NCBI GenBank assembly: GCA_976551045.1 | Contig: CDPCPM010000005.1 | Span: 2,852,001-2,916,000, forward strand | From: Glaucostegus cemiculus | Lineage: Eukaryota | Direction: 5' to 3' | DNA: 64,000 nucleotides | Part shown: positions 1 to 12,390 of the stretch, piece by piece | How the letters are laid out: each line of letters begins with the position of its first letter | How positions within the stretch are numbered: position 1 is the first letter of the stretch | Translations under genes and position numbers: made by a program | Notes under the pieces: generated by a model | The model's database searches: none | Told to the model about the DNA's origin: nothing | What the model saw: only the letters and a program-made list of their open reading frames with translations

Positions 1-339
1 ACTTGGTAAAACATATTAAAGATAGATGAATGGAACACATAAAAACATCTTCAAACATGTAAATAAACACATAGAAATAACAAACTATTACAGTTTCCGG
101 AGAATTGGAACTTCATGCTCAGCTGCTGGACTATAATGAGTTCAGCATCAGAGCATTAATAGGAAATGGCTGATGAATGTCTGTCACCCAGTCCTGGAAT
201 CATGTGTTCACTCATGCATACCTAGAAATTCCAAACTTGCTGAGATTTATACACAGAACTCAGCTGTTCCTTGCAAAAATCCATGTCAGCAATAATGTTT
301 CAGGACAAAGGTCTTTCATTGGAACGTGCTACATCCATG

Positions 340-455
340 ACTCATTGATCTGAGATGTTACATTTGTCTTTCTCTCCACAGATACTGCCTGGCCTTCTGT
401 GTTTCCTGCACTCTCCAGTTTTATTTCAGATTTGCACCATCCCCTGCAGTTTTCT
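340..455 (+). mobile_element. Old PLE 3' tail fragment
   Basis: TCTCTCCACAGATACTGCCTGGCC...TTTATTTCAGATTTGCACCATC. Confidence 0.55.
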
Positions 456-3400
456 TTTCCATTTGACTTGGAGTGAATAATGCTGCAAGGTTTGTGTTGC
501 AAAAGTGCATTAAAGTCATAGAATTTTTTAAATGGAGATGGCTATATATTCCTTCTGCATTCCCTAATTTCTGTTTACTTTAATCCCATTCAGTGAACAG
601 TGATTCATTTTTCCTGGGCAATTTTCCACTTTAGATGCCTGTGTTGCAACAGTACTAAAACAGATTGGCCAGAGGTTCGGTTGTCTCTGAGCATGAGTAT
701 TTAGCACAGAGCTGGGATGTTGTCAAGTCAAAAAAAAAGCCCCAATACTTCAATCAAATGCTTTGCAACGTGTGAGTGAATATTGACAGACTCTTCAGCA
801 ATGCCAACTTTCAATAGAAAATTCCAGTCTTTATCCAACATCATTGCTTTCGCACTTCCAGCAGAGTTCATTGGCTAGTAATCTACAGCCTGGCCTTTGG
901 CCAGTTTGTTTTGCCTGTTTTCTGAGTCCAATTGTAATACACTCACTTCCTCACTGTCTGAAATCAACAAGGACAGTTCAGTGTAGGCATTAAATATAGA
1001 GCCTACCTGGTCCATGTGGCACAGTGCCACACCATGCAGTACATTTTCTTACTGAGACAAGAGGCTGGTTATTGCCTCTGCATCTTTATACCATTACTTC
1101 GGAACAACCTTTCCTTCATTTTGAACTTGCTGGAATTCACTACATAATTCATAATTATTTAACATATACTACGTAGTCAGTTTTCCAGAAGAGTTATAAA
1201 ATTAACTGAAATCCCCTGACCTTACATATATTATTAATATTTGGAAAGAAAATGAAAAAATCTTAGAACATTGTTTTACAAGTGCCATTCAGTAAAGACA
1301 CTGAAAATGTTAACCTTGTCACATTTAACTAGGGACAGATTATCTTTCATTAATTTCTCAATAGGATAATATATTCTTATGCTAAATTGTGCATTAGCTA
1401 AAAGCATTTCTATAAATCTTATCTGCTCTAAAACTGTTTCATCACTTCATTAATTTATAGTACTCTGATAGTCATGAGTGACATCATTTTAAACATTATT
1501 GTATGATTAGATTTTAAACTGCAGCAATCATGTGTGGCCACTTTCAGAATTTATTAGTTCAGATCTTGAACATTTCAGGTTATTTGCAACTTTAAAATAT
1601 GAACATTTGAGGCCAGCAATCACAGTTTCATTTATTAGAGTCTGAATATTTAAAGTGTTGGTGTAACTTTCCTCCATTCACTATTCTGATGGAAACATGA
1701 GCTCATTTATTTCAAATGATAAATATCTGGAAATTAATCCCTGGTCAGTGGTGCTAAATGCACTGTGTGGCTGTGCATCCTCCTCCACTTCTTAAATCGG
1801 AGTCAGTTCTGTACATGGAATAGAACACACAGCCACCATTATATAGCGTCTGGCACTAATGACTGAGGATGAATCTCTAGATGATAATTCTTTCCAGCAA
1901 AATAGTGGAGGAAGGAGATTCATGTAAAATACTTTAAGGATTAATACCAATATTATAACTAGTAACTTCCCATTGTTTCTTTCTTATTTATTTTAAAGTA
2001 ATTTCAGCGAAATTACATATAGAGTCAGTAACAAATAATGCCAAATATTACCAAATACGAAATACTCCCTTTACTAACTTTAAGCTCCTTTTTAAATTTG
2101 AGCTATCATACAACAGATTTAATTGGGAAAGATAACAACATTTGAAGTCTAAACTGACAATTTAAGTTTTTATGAAATTTCACTACAATAATCAGAACTG
2201 AATGTTTTTACAAGCATTCTTTTTAAGAAGTGGATACAATAGTTAATCATAATATCAATTGCTATTGATGCACAATCACATCCATATTTGTAGGAACTTG
2301 TTACTTTCTTTTGAGGAACAGGAAACAGGAAAGGCAAAAAAAAGCTATCTATTTAAGTAAGTGGCATTGGCCTTTCTAAGATAGAAGTGGTTAATATTCA
2401 GCCAATAGTGCAAAAGCCACTTTTGCACAATCTACATACAATCTGTGTCTCTAATGTATGTTATACTTTTGCACAATACTATGCACTAGAATTAATTTTC
2501 AGAGCTACTAATACTTGTAAACTTGGGAGTATCAATAGCTTTCTAAACTACTGTGGTCATGTTAGTCAATCTGTTTGTGGAGGTAATTTGGGACACTGAG
2601 CAATTGGCAGACATTACCACTTTATAACAGTCTCCACTCTTCATATGCTCTAAGGAAACACAGTTGTGGGAAACACACAAAGAGAATTTGCTCATCCTAA
2701 AGACATTCAAAGTGTTTTGCTTTTTCCCTTGCCTTATTTTAACAACTGACCTCAAAGATTGACAGGTGTCAATAATTCACAAGAAAGAGAGTTGATGATC
2801 ACTTGCAGCTCAGTTCTCAATCAAATGCAAATGGTTTGCACTGGCACCATGTTGTGGATGCTTTTATCCACAACAAACTTTTTTATTTACCTGTTACCCT
2901 TAAACTTGAAGTTGGTAAAAGAAATTAAAATAAGGAGTTTCACAAATCAGTTCTCATGGCGCTACTGTGATTAACAGCAACAGTGGTTGAAAACAAAAGT
3001 TACTTTCAAAAAGTGCATCAGCTCTGCTCATGCATCTGAATTCGTGAAATAACTGAGGAAAAATAAACAAAGTTAATTTGAAACACTGCCTCATTTGCTG
3101 AGAACCAGTAAAAGTAAATCAGAGTTTTCTGCAAGAATTTATATACTTCTATTACAGAACCAAAACTGTTTCAGTGCCGAAGGTTAAGATACTTTATGGA
3201 TTCTGAGTTTAGAGTTTGCAAACTTTCAGTCTGTTGATAAACAACAGTTTTCAACACAGCAGTTGGAATTTTCAATAAGCTCATGGCATTTGTCTACACA
3301 ATATCTCTAGAATACTTTGACTTGCGTTAGACATCTAAGAAGTACGTAAACTAATTTACAAAGAGCAATGCACTACTTTCACTCAGATTGTGCTTAAACA

Positions 3401-4361
3401 ACAGACATGTAACGTTGAATTCTATTGTCACAGTTTCAGAAACTTTCAGGGACTCATTCATCTCTCTTGCTGATTGTAATGCAGAATTCCCAAGATCAAA
3501 GAGGAAGAGAATTCTAATGAAGCTGATAGTCATGGAACTTACATTTAAATGTGTGAATTTTAAAAAAGGGTGCTGAGGGTAAGATGATCTGGATCTGGAT
3601 GTAGAACAGAATACCCTAGGTTGACACAGCCTACATTCTTTCTGTGTGAGCTTAGCTGATAAGCTTTGGTCAACTATTCCAATGCATTGTCCACATACAA
3701 CAATTCTGTAGTTGGGCTTAAGTGACTGCAACTGGTTACAAAACACCCTACTACCACTCACCTTTAACTTTCTTACTGACATTTCTACTTAATATCCTTG
3801 CTGCCAACTTTAGGAGCCTGATAGAATATTCTCTACTTGCCTGGATGAGTGTAACTTTAACAGCCTTAACACCACTTCAATATTAACAACCTTTTCTGCC
3901 TTCTCAATCTTTATATTCCTCCTGTCAGCCAAATCTCAACATGCTTACTGCCAACTCTATTTTAACAATCTCACTGTCACCTAGTTGTCATCTCAATCTT
4001 TACACTCTTACATTTCCCACAATTCTATCATCCTTACTTTCCTCCCAAATGTAATACCTTCACTGCCAGACTAACTTTACCATCTTCTGGCTAACTTTGT
4101 GCCACACTGTCACCCTAACTGAATTCAGCTGATATATCATGGATGGATAACAATGCCTGTTACCCTCAGGTCTTCTGTTGGTTAAATACATTCTGCCATT
4201 ACCAGCTTGGACAATGTTTGTGTTTACCATGTCCAATGTGCTTACCCTTATTTTCCATCAGAAAGGATTTTTATTACAATTAAAATCATACACAAACAAA
4301 CAGCAATGGCGAAAATAAAACCTTCACTACAAAATCTTGGTTTGAATAAAATAACAGTTTT

Positions 4362-4530
4362 TTAATTTGAATTTTATTTACCACGTGGTAACAGGCCCTT
4401 CCGGCCCAACGAGTCCGCGCCGCCCATTTTAAACCCAAATTAACCTACCCGTACGTCTTTAGAATGTGGGAGGAAACCGGAGCACCCGGAGGAAACCCAC
4501 ACAGACACGGGAGAATGTACAAACTCCTTA
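4362..4530 (-). mobile_element. 5'-truncated V-type SINE, CR1-tailed subfamily
   Basis: Reverse complement of the 11724 SINE body and tail. Confidence 0.88.
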
Positions 4531-4829
4531 ATGACTAGGTAACCTCAGGCAGTAACCAGCTTGGAAACCTACTAGTAGTGATGGGAAGATAAAACCATTA
4601 TAAATTGTCAAGGATAGTGAAAGGAGGCTGGAGTGCAGTAACAGCAGTTTGATGCAGAGCACACTATCACTGAAGCTTCTGACTTCATTATCGCAACTTT
4701 TCTTCCTTTAAACTCATCTAACCCTGACAACATTCAGCTTAAATGAGAATCAGTGTAAGAGCTTCAATGAGAATCAGCGTACTATAAATTCTCTGTTGCC
4801 TCCACAGAATTATATATGTATGGTTCTAT

Positions 4830-6780
4830 TTTATCCATTTTTCAGGATGTGGGTGTGATAAGCATGGCTAAGTTTTATTCCTTCCTTATCTGCCATTGAG
4901 AAGCTAGTGGAAAACCTCTTCTTGGCCTTCTGACAGAGGTACCCCCACAGTGCTGTTGTAAAAGGAGTTCCAGGATTTAGACCCAGCAAGGGTGAAGGAT
5001 TCTTCCAGGTTAGAATGCTGGACTTGGAGAACATGCTGCTATGGTGTTCCCCATCTGCCTGAATCCCTGTCGCTCTTGGTAATAGAGATCACTGGTTTGG
5101 CAAGTGCTGTTGGAGCTAGCCTCGGTGAATGACTGCCATTCATTTTGTAGATGGTGCATACTGAAACCACGCTGTGCTGCTCATGCAAGGAATGAGTACT
5201 TAAGGTGGTGAGAGGGATACAAATCAAGTAGGCTGCTTTATCCTGCATGATGTTGAAATTCTTGAGTGTTCCTCTTATCTACTAGGCCCTACCATCATTG
5301 AGATGGGGATTTAAATATTCTTTATTTCAAGAAAGAGGTCATTCAATCCATCGAGTCAACGCCAGCTTGCAGAGCAATGCCATCAGTCCTTTCCCCAAAT
5401 TGTTCCCTGCAATCTAATTTCTTTCACATGTCCTTCAACCTACCCCTAAGTCTCCTGTCATTCACCTTCCTACATAGGCATTAGTTTATGGTAGCTAATT
5501 AACCTACCAACTAGCACACCTTTGGGATGTGAGAAGAAGCCAGAGCACTCAGGGGGAATCCCGTGGTCACAGGGAGAATGTGCAATCTCCACAAAGACAG
5601 CAATGGAGGTGAGGATTGAACCTGGGTCGCTGGAGCTGTAAGGAAGCAGCCCTGCTCTTTAGTCACTGTGCCGCCCTTTGCTGGGATGTTCCTGGAGCAT
5701 CCTTCTCCTGTTAGCTGCTTAATTGTACACCACCATTCACCAGATGTGGCAGGACTGCCAAGCATTGATATGAGCAGTTGACCATCAAATTGCTTAGTTC
5801 TATCAATTGCATACTATTTATGGCATGTTGTACACATGTAATCCTGTGCTGTACCTTCACCAGGTTGGCAATCTCATTTTGAATATGCTTAACGTTACTC
5901 CTGGCAAGATCTCCTGCGCTTCTGATTGAAGCAAGGTTTGATAGCGATGGTAGAGCGAGGGTTATGCCAGGCCTAGAGGTTACAGATTGGGGAGGTGTAC
6001 ACTTCTGGTCCATAGTACCTCACAGATGCCCAGTTCGGAGCATCCAGAACTGTTCTGAGCCTTCATTATTATTATGCCGCCAAACACAATGGAGAGTGCT
6101 CCTGGTGTGAAGACATGACTTTGTCATCACAAGTACTGTCCAGTGGTCACTTCTGCCAATGCCATTATGGAGAGATGCAACTGCCAGAGGTAGATTGGTG
6201 AGGACAAGGATAAGTGGGATTATCCTTGGTGTTTTCTGTCAGGACTGGGGCAGCTTGGTCAGTGGCATTTCTGTGATGGATGCTGAAATTCCCCACCCAA
6301 AGTGTATTCTGTGCCCGTGTTATTTTTTCAGTGTTTCTTCCTAGTGTTATTCAACGTGGAGGAATACTCATTCATTAGCTGTAGAAGGACAGTGGGTGGT
6401 AATCAGGAGGAGGTTTCTTTGTCTATGTTGGATCTGATGCCATGAAACTTCATGGGATCTGGAGTTAATGTTGACGACTCCCAGGGTTGTTCCTTTCACC
6501 CTTATATCAGTATCCAACCATCTCTGGTAGTCCGTCTTGCTACTGGGACAAGGCGCACCCAGGGATCGTAATGGAGGAACCTGGCACATTGTCCGTAAAA
6601 TATGATTCTGTGAGTACAACCAAGTCCAGCCATTGCTTGAGTGGTTTGTGGGAAAACTCTCTCAATTGTGACCAAGTCAGCAAACGTTTGTGGGGACAGC
6701 TTTTCAAAGTTGACTGATTTTGGAGAGACTCTGCCATGTGTGAATATGGTGCCCAGGCTTAATGTTGGATGATTTGTCCT
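4830..6780 (-). mobile_element. Degraded CR1/L2-group (possibly Zenon-like) LINE: APE N-terminus and 3' end, interrupted by a SINE
   Basis: DLVVLTESYFTDNVPGSSITIPG (APE start), EWWCTIKQLTG; 3' end similar to 38690-40145. Clade assignment is tentative. Confidence 0.7.
5335..5675 (-). mobile_element. Older V-type SINE with CR1-like tail
   Basis: GGGATGTGAGAAGAAGCCAGAGCACTCAGGGGGAATCCC...GGATTGAACCTGGGTC...CACTGTGCC. Confidence 0.75.
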
Positions 6781-9029
6781 GTTTAATTATTTTTTTGCAT
6801 TGAAATGTTGGTTTCTGCAATAACCTTTAGGATGCCTGAGGGTCAGTGCTATCTACAGTGCTGTCTCAGGTTCCCATCAGTATGTGCATGGTTGCACCTG
6901 ATTGCCTGTCTGATGAACTGTGCTTCTTCTGTCCGCCATTAATGTTATTGTTTCAGGCCCAACTCTAAGGGCTGGTGGCCTGTTGGGGGTCTTGCGACGA
7001 GAAGGAAAAGCAGAGGCAGTGACGGATTGGTCACTAAGTGTAGGGTGTGAGAACTGCTTTCAAACAATTGGCTGCGTTGCAATAAAAGTAGGCAAGGGGT
7101 TAAATGTTCAAGTTAAATATCATGTGAGAAAACATGATGCTTAGTTAATAGTGACCCAGAAATTGTTATTTCTTCCAAATGATCTTATTGATTTGTTGGT
7201 GATTACCTACACGGAAACATACAATACGAAAGGATCCCATTCAGGCTACTGTGTCTGTGCCAGGTTTGTGAAAAAACATTAGTCCTGTTCCAATGTCCTT
7301 TCTCCATGGCCCTTCACAGTTTCCCTCTTCAAGTTGTCCATCTAAATACCTTTGAAAGTCTGGAAATTCCCATTCAGGTGATGCATTCCGTAAAGTAACT
7401 TCTTCCATCTTATTTATTCATAAGTACATGACTGGAAGTAGAAAAGGGCAATGTGAAAGCATAAAAAAGAATAGGCACAGCTTTAGAATGGCTGTGCTGA
7501 TGAATGCAAACTAGAAGAAAGTGACTGTGGAGATAGCACAATTTCCAATAGCTTCAGTGACTGGGGTCCAACAGAAGAGTCGGACACCCCCACCACCACA
7601 CACATCCACAGGATATCCAGTTCACATCATCAAACAAGTTCCAAGTGAAACACACTGCAAAATGGATTCAAAACCACAAATAAAATAAGCAAAACATCAT
7701 TGTGTCAGACCTTGATGAATCCACAAAGTCTCAGGTGTGAGTTAACATTATGGGAAATGGGATGAGTAGATAGAGTGAGAAGAGTAAGAATAGTTATTTG
7801 ACAAGTGGTTAAGGAAGAACTCTGAAGAAGATCTACATCCTGGCTATCCCAAAAAATATCTACAGGATCCTCAATAACATGTTGGTATTCTAACTATGAG
7901 TATTTAACAAAGGGCTGTTTTTCACCATTGAAAATTGCTTCACCTTCTCTCCCATTCAGTAAGTAAATACAATTACTGTCCATTTCATCCTTTCAACCTT
8001 TGACCAAATCTAGAAGTAGCTCACCTCCTACAAAAAAGCATATTTTATTTCTTAAAAAACAACTTAAGTCGATGATCTTGTCATAGTCAACACATGCCTC
8101 CTTCACATCATGAACACAAATTGGGAAGTGTCCTGTATCACCAGTCATGGAGTCTGAAATACAAACTGGCACTGCATCTACCCACCCCTATCCCAGTGAG
8201 ACTAAGCTTCCTTTCCATCCTTCCAGGAAGAATTTTTTTTCCACCAGAGGGATCTAAATGTGTTTTAGTCCATTGTATCTCCATACCCTGGACCCTGGAC
8301 CCTAGACCCTTGCATCTCCCTTTCTATTGAGGACAATATCAAATCTGATGCAGTTCCACCCTGCTCTTCTCTGTTCCGTTTCACTCAATTATTTCCACTC
8401 ATACCCCTCTTCTCTATCCCTTCCTCTCCTTCCTGTTTACCTGTCCTACTATGATGAAAATGGGCACTTGGTCATGGCAGCCTTCTTCCCTGTCCTCAAC
8501 CCACCATCTCTTCCGTGTCTTACTCTTATTCATACCCTTCCTCTATACTTCTTCCCCATTTGTATCACACCTTCCTTTCTGCCTCCCCTCAGCTTCGCTC
8601 AAGCTCCATCCTGATGCTCTCTGCATGTCCTCCTTTTCCCTCACCTGAAGACAATTATTCCTCTTTTTTTCCAACTCAATTTGGTAAACTTGGACTTGAT
8701 GCCTAGTGGAGGTGGGGTTGACTAAAGGTGGTATGATTATCATGAGATTGTGTCAGGCTATCTCAGCAATGACATTGGCTCTACAAGTATCAAAAGTGCA
8801 ACATATCTGTCACTAGCAACTTAGAGTGAGATTTTCCTGTTTGTTTTGACTGCAGATAGTCCACGGCAGTTCAACCTTTAGATATTGCATTGAATTCTTC
8901 CTGGTAAGGCATTGCAGCCATCACTGTGAGCACTGTGTATCCATTTTGCTGCTCCACTGAAAAGTCTCTTCGAGATATACCTACTCTAAAGAATTTTTCC
9001 TCTTCTCTTCGACGGGAGTCCTGTGAGAT

Positions 9030-9256
9030 CCTCTCTCACTGTTCCCCCTCTGCGATCTCTGCTGCTCCCCACCTCCTCGACTCACCTATCACCCGCCAGC
9101 TCATGCTCCTCCCCCTCCCCTTACCCTTTTATTCCGGCTTCTGCCCTCTTCCTTTCCAGTCCTGATGAAGGGTCTCGGCCTGAAACATCAACTGTTCATT
9201 TCCCCTCCATAGATGCTGCCTGACCTGCTGAGTTCCTCCAGCAGTTTTTCTTTGCT
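9030..9256 (+). mobile_element. Penelope-like element (PLE) 3' pseudo-LTR fragment
   Basis: Pyrimidine-rich tract, CTGATGAAGGGTCTCGGCCTGAAAC, then GATGCTGCCTGACCTGCTGAGTTCCTCCAGCA; closely similar copies at 21502 and 46756. Confidence 0.8.
9157..9194 (+). ncRNA. Minimal type I hammerhead ribozyme motif (PLE-associated, CpG-decayed)
   Basis: CAGTC-CTGATGA-AGGGTCTCGGCCT-GAAA-CA-TC-AACTG; the inferred consensus GAAACGTCGACTG gives stem I CAGTC/GACTG and palindromic stem III ACGT. Confidence 0.75.
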
Positions 9257-10499
9257 ACCACCGTGACATAAGCTTGCTGGTTGGCCTGAAGGGGACTGAA
9301 GAGTAAAATAGAGGTACTTGTGCAGCAGTGCGGTTTCAATGTGATTACCTGGCAAAGAAACAGAAATGCTCTCACTTTTTTCTCTTTTCAGTGACAGAAG
9401 AAAGTAAAAATTTAACTGCAATTCCTTTACTGCAGGACTTTATGAGTTCTTAATGGTTCAATCATTATATGAGCAATTTCCATGGCCAACGACCACACTG
9501 TAGACAGGATCATTTCTTTCATATTGATTTTCCTTTAATGATGTTTGCAAAAGCATTCATAGGAAACAATACTTTCTGGGAGCTGTATATACTACATAAC
9601 CCAAAATAAACCTTCAGAAACACAAGGCATAGTGAGAAATAGCTCAAAGCATTCAGTAACCCACAGCTTCCAAAACAAATGGTGCTCTACCGATGAGCAG
9701 AGGATAAGAATGTACTTGAGTAAACATGCAGGAGCTAGATTTTGACTGTTCAATGGTCTGAGATGGGTGACAATGGGTTGGCTGCCCATTTAATACCTCT
9801 CACCAATTTTATCCCCATGCGAAGACCATGGTAAAAATCAAGATCTGTTTGTTGGAGGAAGCTAATACTAATCAGCCAAAGGCCAGCAATGCCACATCCT
9901 GTGCATGACGAGAAAGCCACAGTCATTCCGAGTTACACTTGTTAGCATTCCGACAAACTGAACTGTTCCATCCAGGTTTTGGAAACCCCTTGAAATATAA
10001 TATTCAGGTTAACCATGGGATCTATTGAAACAGTGACAGTTGTCAAAGTCCTTAGAAGCTGTTCCTGGTGTTTTGAGTTTGCAGCAATATCTTGGGCTTA
10101 CATAGGGATCAGGAGCAGCCATTCAACACCTTCAGCTGGTTAAGCCATTTAAAGTGATGGGAAACTTAGCTTCACTTACCTACTTTTGACCCATATCACT
10201 CAATTCACTCACCTGTTAAATATAACTGTTGAAGTCAGCTTCGAAAATTTTAATTGACCCTTAGCATTCTCAACTCTTTGGAAGAGTGCACTGTTGGGGC
10301 TGTGACTGCTGGCCATGGGACCAATGACTGCAGCACACTTCAGTGGCAACTAATGGAGATCTCCCATCATTTCATTCACATTCCCTCTCACTCTGGTCTC
10401 AGTTCTCAATGGCTGCCTGCTAATTTCTATTGTACTCTAAGATTGCCCACTTCCATCTTCTTAAAAGTTGCTCATCTTTATACTGCCTCAGATCAGCTG

Positions 10500-11310
10500 C
10501 AAATGAAAGTTTTATCTTTGCTTTAGTTATGTCTATGCATGACTTTCCAATGCTTCCCCATTGACTTCCAACTCCCAACTTCCATAAACATAAGTTCATC
10601 CAAAACTCAGCTGCCTAGATAGCAACTTGTATCCAGTCCCATCCACTCCTTTCCCTTTGCTCTCACTGACCCACACTGGCCTAAGCTTTGGAATTCCCCT
10701 CTAAACACGTCTACCTCTCTCCTCTTTGGAATTTCCCTATCCAAGTACCTCCTAAAAGGTAACTTATAACTTAATGTGGCTTTTTGTCAAATTTCATTTG
10801 ATCACGGTCCTGTAAAGCACCTTGGAAAGTTTTACAATGTTAAGGTTGCTAATGTCGGATCCGGTTATTTTCGAATCCACAGGTTCTTTCAGGAGTCCAG
10901 GAATGAGTTGAAGACAACTTGGTGCTTCAAAGTTTTATTGGAAAAGTTTAAAACAAAGGAACAGTCACAAGAGCACATGGCACTAGCTTTGATGAGCCGA
11001 GACAAGGGGAACAAAAGGTGAAGCTCAGGCCAGGGGAGATGAGCAAGAGAGAGATTACCAAAAAGCAACACCTTTTATACCTGTGATAAGAGATGCTCTT
11101 TAGCTAACAATAGTCCAACCAGGAAACCTATTAGATACTTGTGGCCAAACCAATCAATGAAGAAACCACATTCACCTGATGGATGAACCAATAAGCTAAT
11201 AAGCGGCCATTCCTTGTGCTGCCACTTGAGGTATATTAAACATTATACATGTTTGAAAAACTAATTAAAACACTTGAATCTAACACTAAATAAATACAAG
11301 ATGCTGTTGC
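10500..11310 (+). mobile_element. Old L2-type LINE 3' fragment interrupted by the solo LTR
   Basis: CATCCAAAACTCAGCTGCC...CCTGTAAAGCACCTTGGAAAGTTTTACAATGTTAAGGTTGCTAA|ATAAATACAAGATGCTGTTG, resembling the common elasmobranch L2 3' end. Confidence 0.7.
10853..11285 (-). mobile_element. Solo LTR (ERV or Gypsy type), 433 bp
   Basis: TG...CA ends with imperfect inverted termini (TGTCGGAT / ATCTAACA); 4-bp TSD CTAA at 10849-10852 and 11286-11289; minus-strand TATAAAAGG (~11071-11079) upstream of AATAAA (~10934-10939); CCAAT boxes; splits an L2 3' end. Confidence 0.85.
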
Positions 11311-11489
11311 CGCCCCGTATTTTTATTCATCCCTTGGATTTTCCAATAATGCCGATATTTTGAGATTTTCAGGAGATACTTATGGCAAATGCTTTTTGGA
11401 CATCTAGATGCATTGTATTGCAAGGATGTCCACACTACACAGCGGATGTTGCTTTCACTAGCAAGACCTTAACTTCCTTTGTGTACTGG

Positions 11490-11723
11490 GCATGGTTCAG
11501 TGGGTAGCACCCTGAGTCAGGAGCCTGAATTTGGATTGCACCATGATATTTCAGCACAAAACCACCCTCACACTCCAGTACAGCACTGGTGAAGTTCTGC
11601 ACATCCAGAGATGCATCGTTCAGATGAAATGTAAACCAAAGTCTTGTTTGCTTTCCCAGATAAAAGATCTTATGACACTTCGGTGAAAATAAATAGGAAT
11701 AACATAATCATCTTCAGTGACCT
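11490..11723 (+). mobile_element. Degraded Deu-domain SINE
   Basis: GGTTCAGTGGGTAGCAC head; CACTCCAGTACAGCACTG...TTCAGATGAAATGTAAACC; a V-SINE follows directly. Confidence 0.6.
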
Positions 11724-11975
11724 CGGCACGATAGTGTAGCGGTTAGCACGACGCTGGTACAGCGCCAGCAATCGGGGTTTGATTCCCGTCGCTGACTGCG
11801 AGGAGTTTGTACGTCCTCCCCGTGTCTGCGTGGGTTTCCTCCGGGTGCTCCGGTTTCCTCCCACATTCTTAGGGACATACGGGTAGGTTAATTTTGGGGT
11901 TTAAAATGCGCGGCGCAGACCTGTTGGGCCAAAAGGGCCTGTTACCATGCTCTGAATAAATTTATAAGTTATAAT
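11724..11975 (+). mobile_element. tRNA-derived V-type (HE1-like) SINE with CR1-type 3' tail
   Basis: A box TAGTGTAGCGG, B box GGTTTGATTCC, central GTGTCTGCGTGGGTTTCCTCCGGGTGCTCCGGTTTCCTCCCAC, tail GGGCCAAAAGGGCCTGTTACC plus AT-rich end. Confidence 0.9.
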
Positions 11976-12011
11976 TTAATTTATAATATGTGCCCCTCAA
12001 TTAAAAACTAG

Positions 12012-12390
12012 TAGAGCATAGAACATAGAAAATTACAAAACAGAACAGGCCCTTCAGCCCACAATATTGTGCTGATATTTTATCCTGCTCTAAGATCTAT
12101 CTAACCCTTCCCTCCCACATAACCCCCCCATTTCTCTATCATTCATGTGTCCACCTAAGAGTCTCTTAATGTCCCTAATTTAACTGCCCCACAACCTCTG
12201 CTGGCAGTGCTTCCATGCACTGACCACTGTGTAAAAAACTTACCCTTGACATCCCCCTTGTATCTTCCTCCAATTACCTTAAAGTTATTTCCCCTCATGT
12301 TAGCCAATGTTGCCCTGGGAACAAGTCTCTGACTGTCCACTCGATCTATGCCTCTTATCATCTTGTACACCTCTATCAAGTCACCTCTTA
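12012..12390 (-). mobile_element. CR1 3' fragment
   Basis: IEVYKMIRGIDRVDSQRL..GDVKGKFFTQ; (CATAGAA)n tail. Confidence 0.9.

Noticed and set aside
11724-11800. tRNA genes at SINE heads (also 22322, 32064, 34240, 43890)
   Set aside because: A/B boxes continue directly into SINE bodies; no complete cloverleaf.
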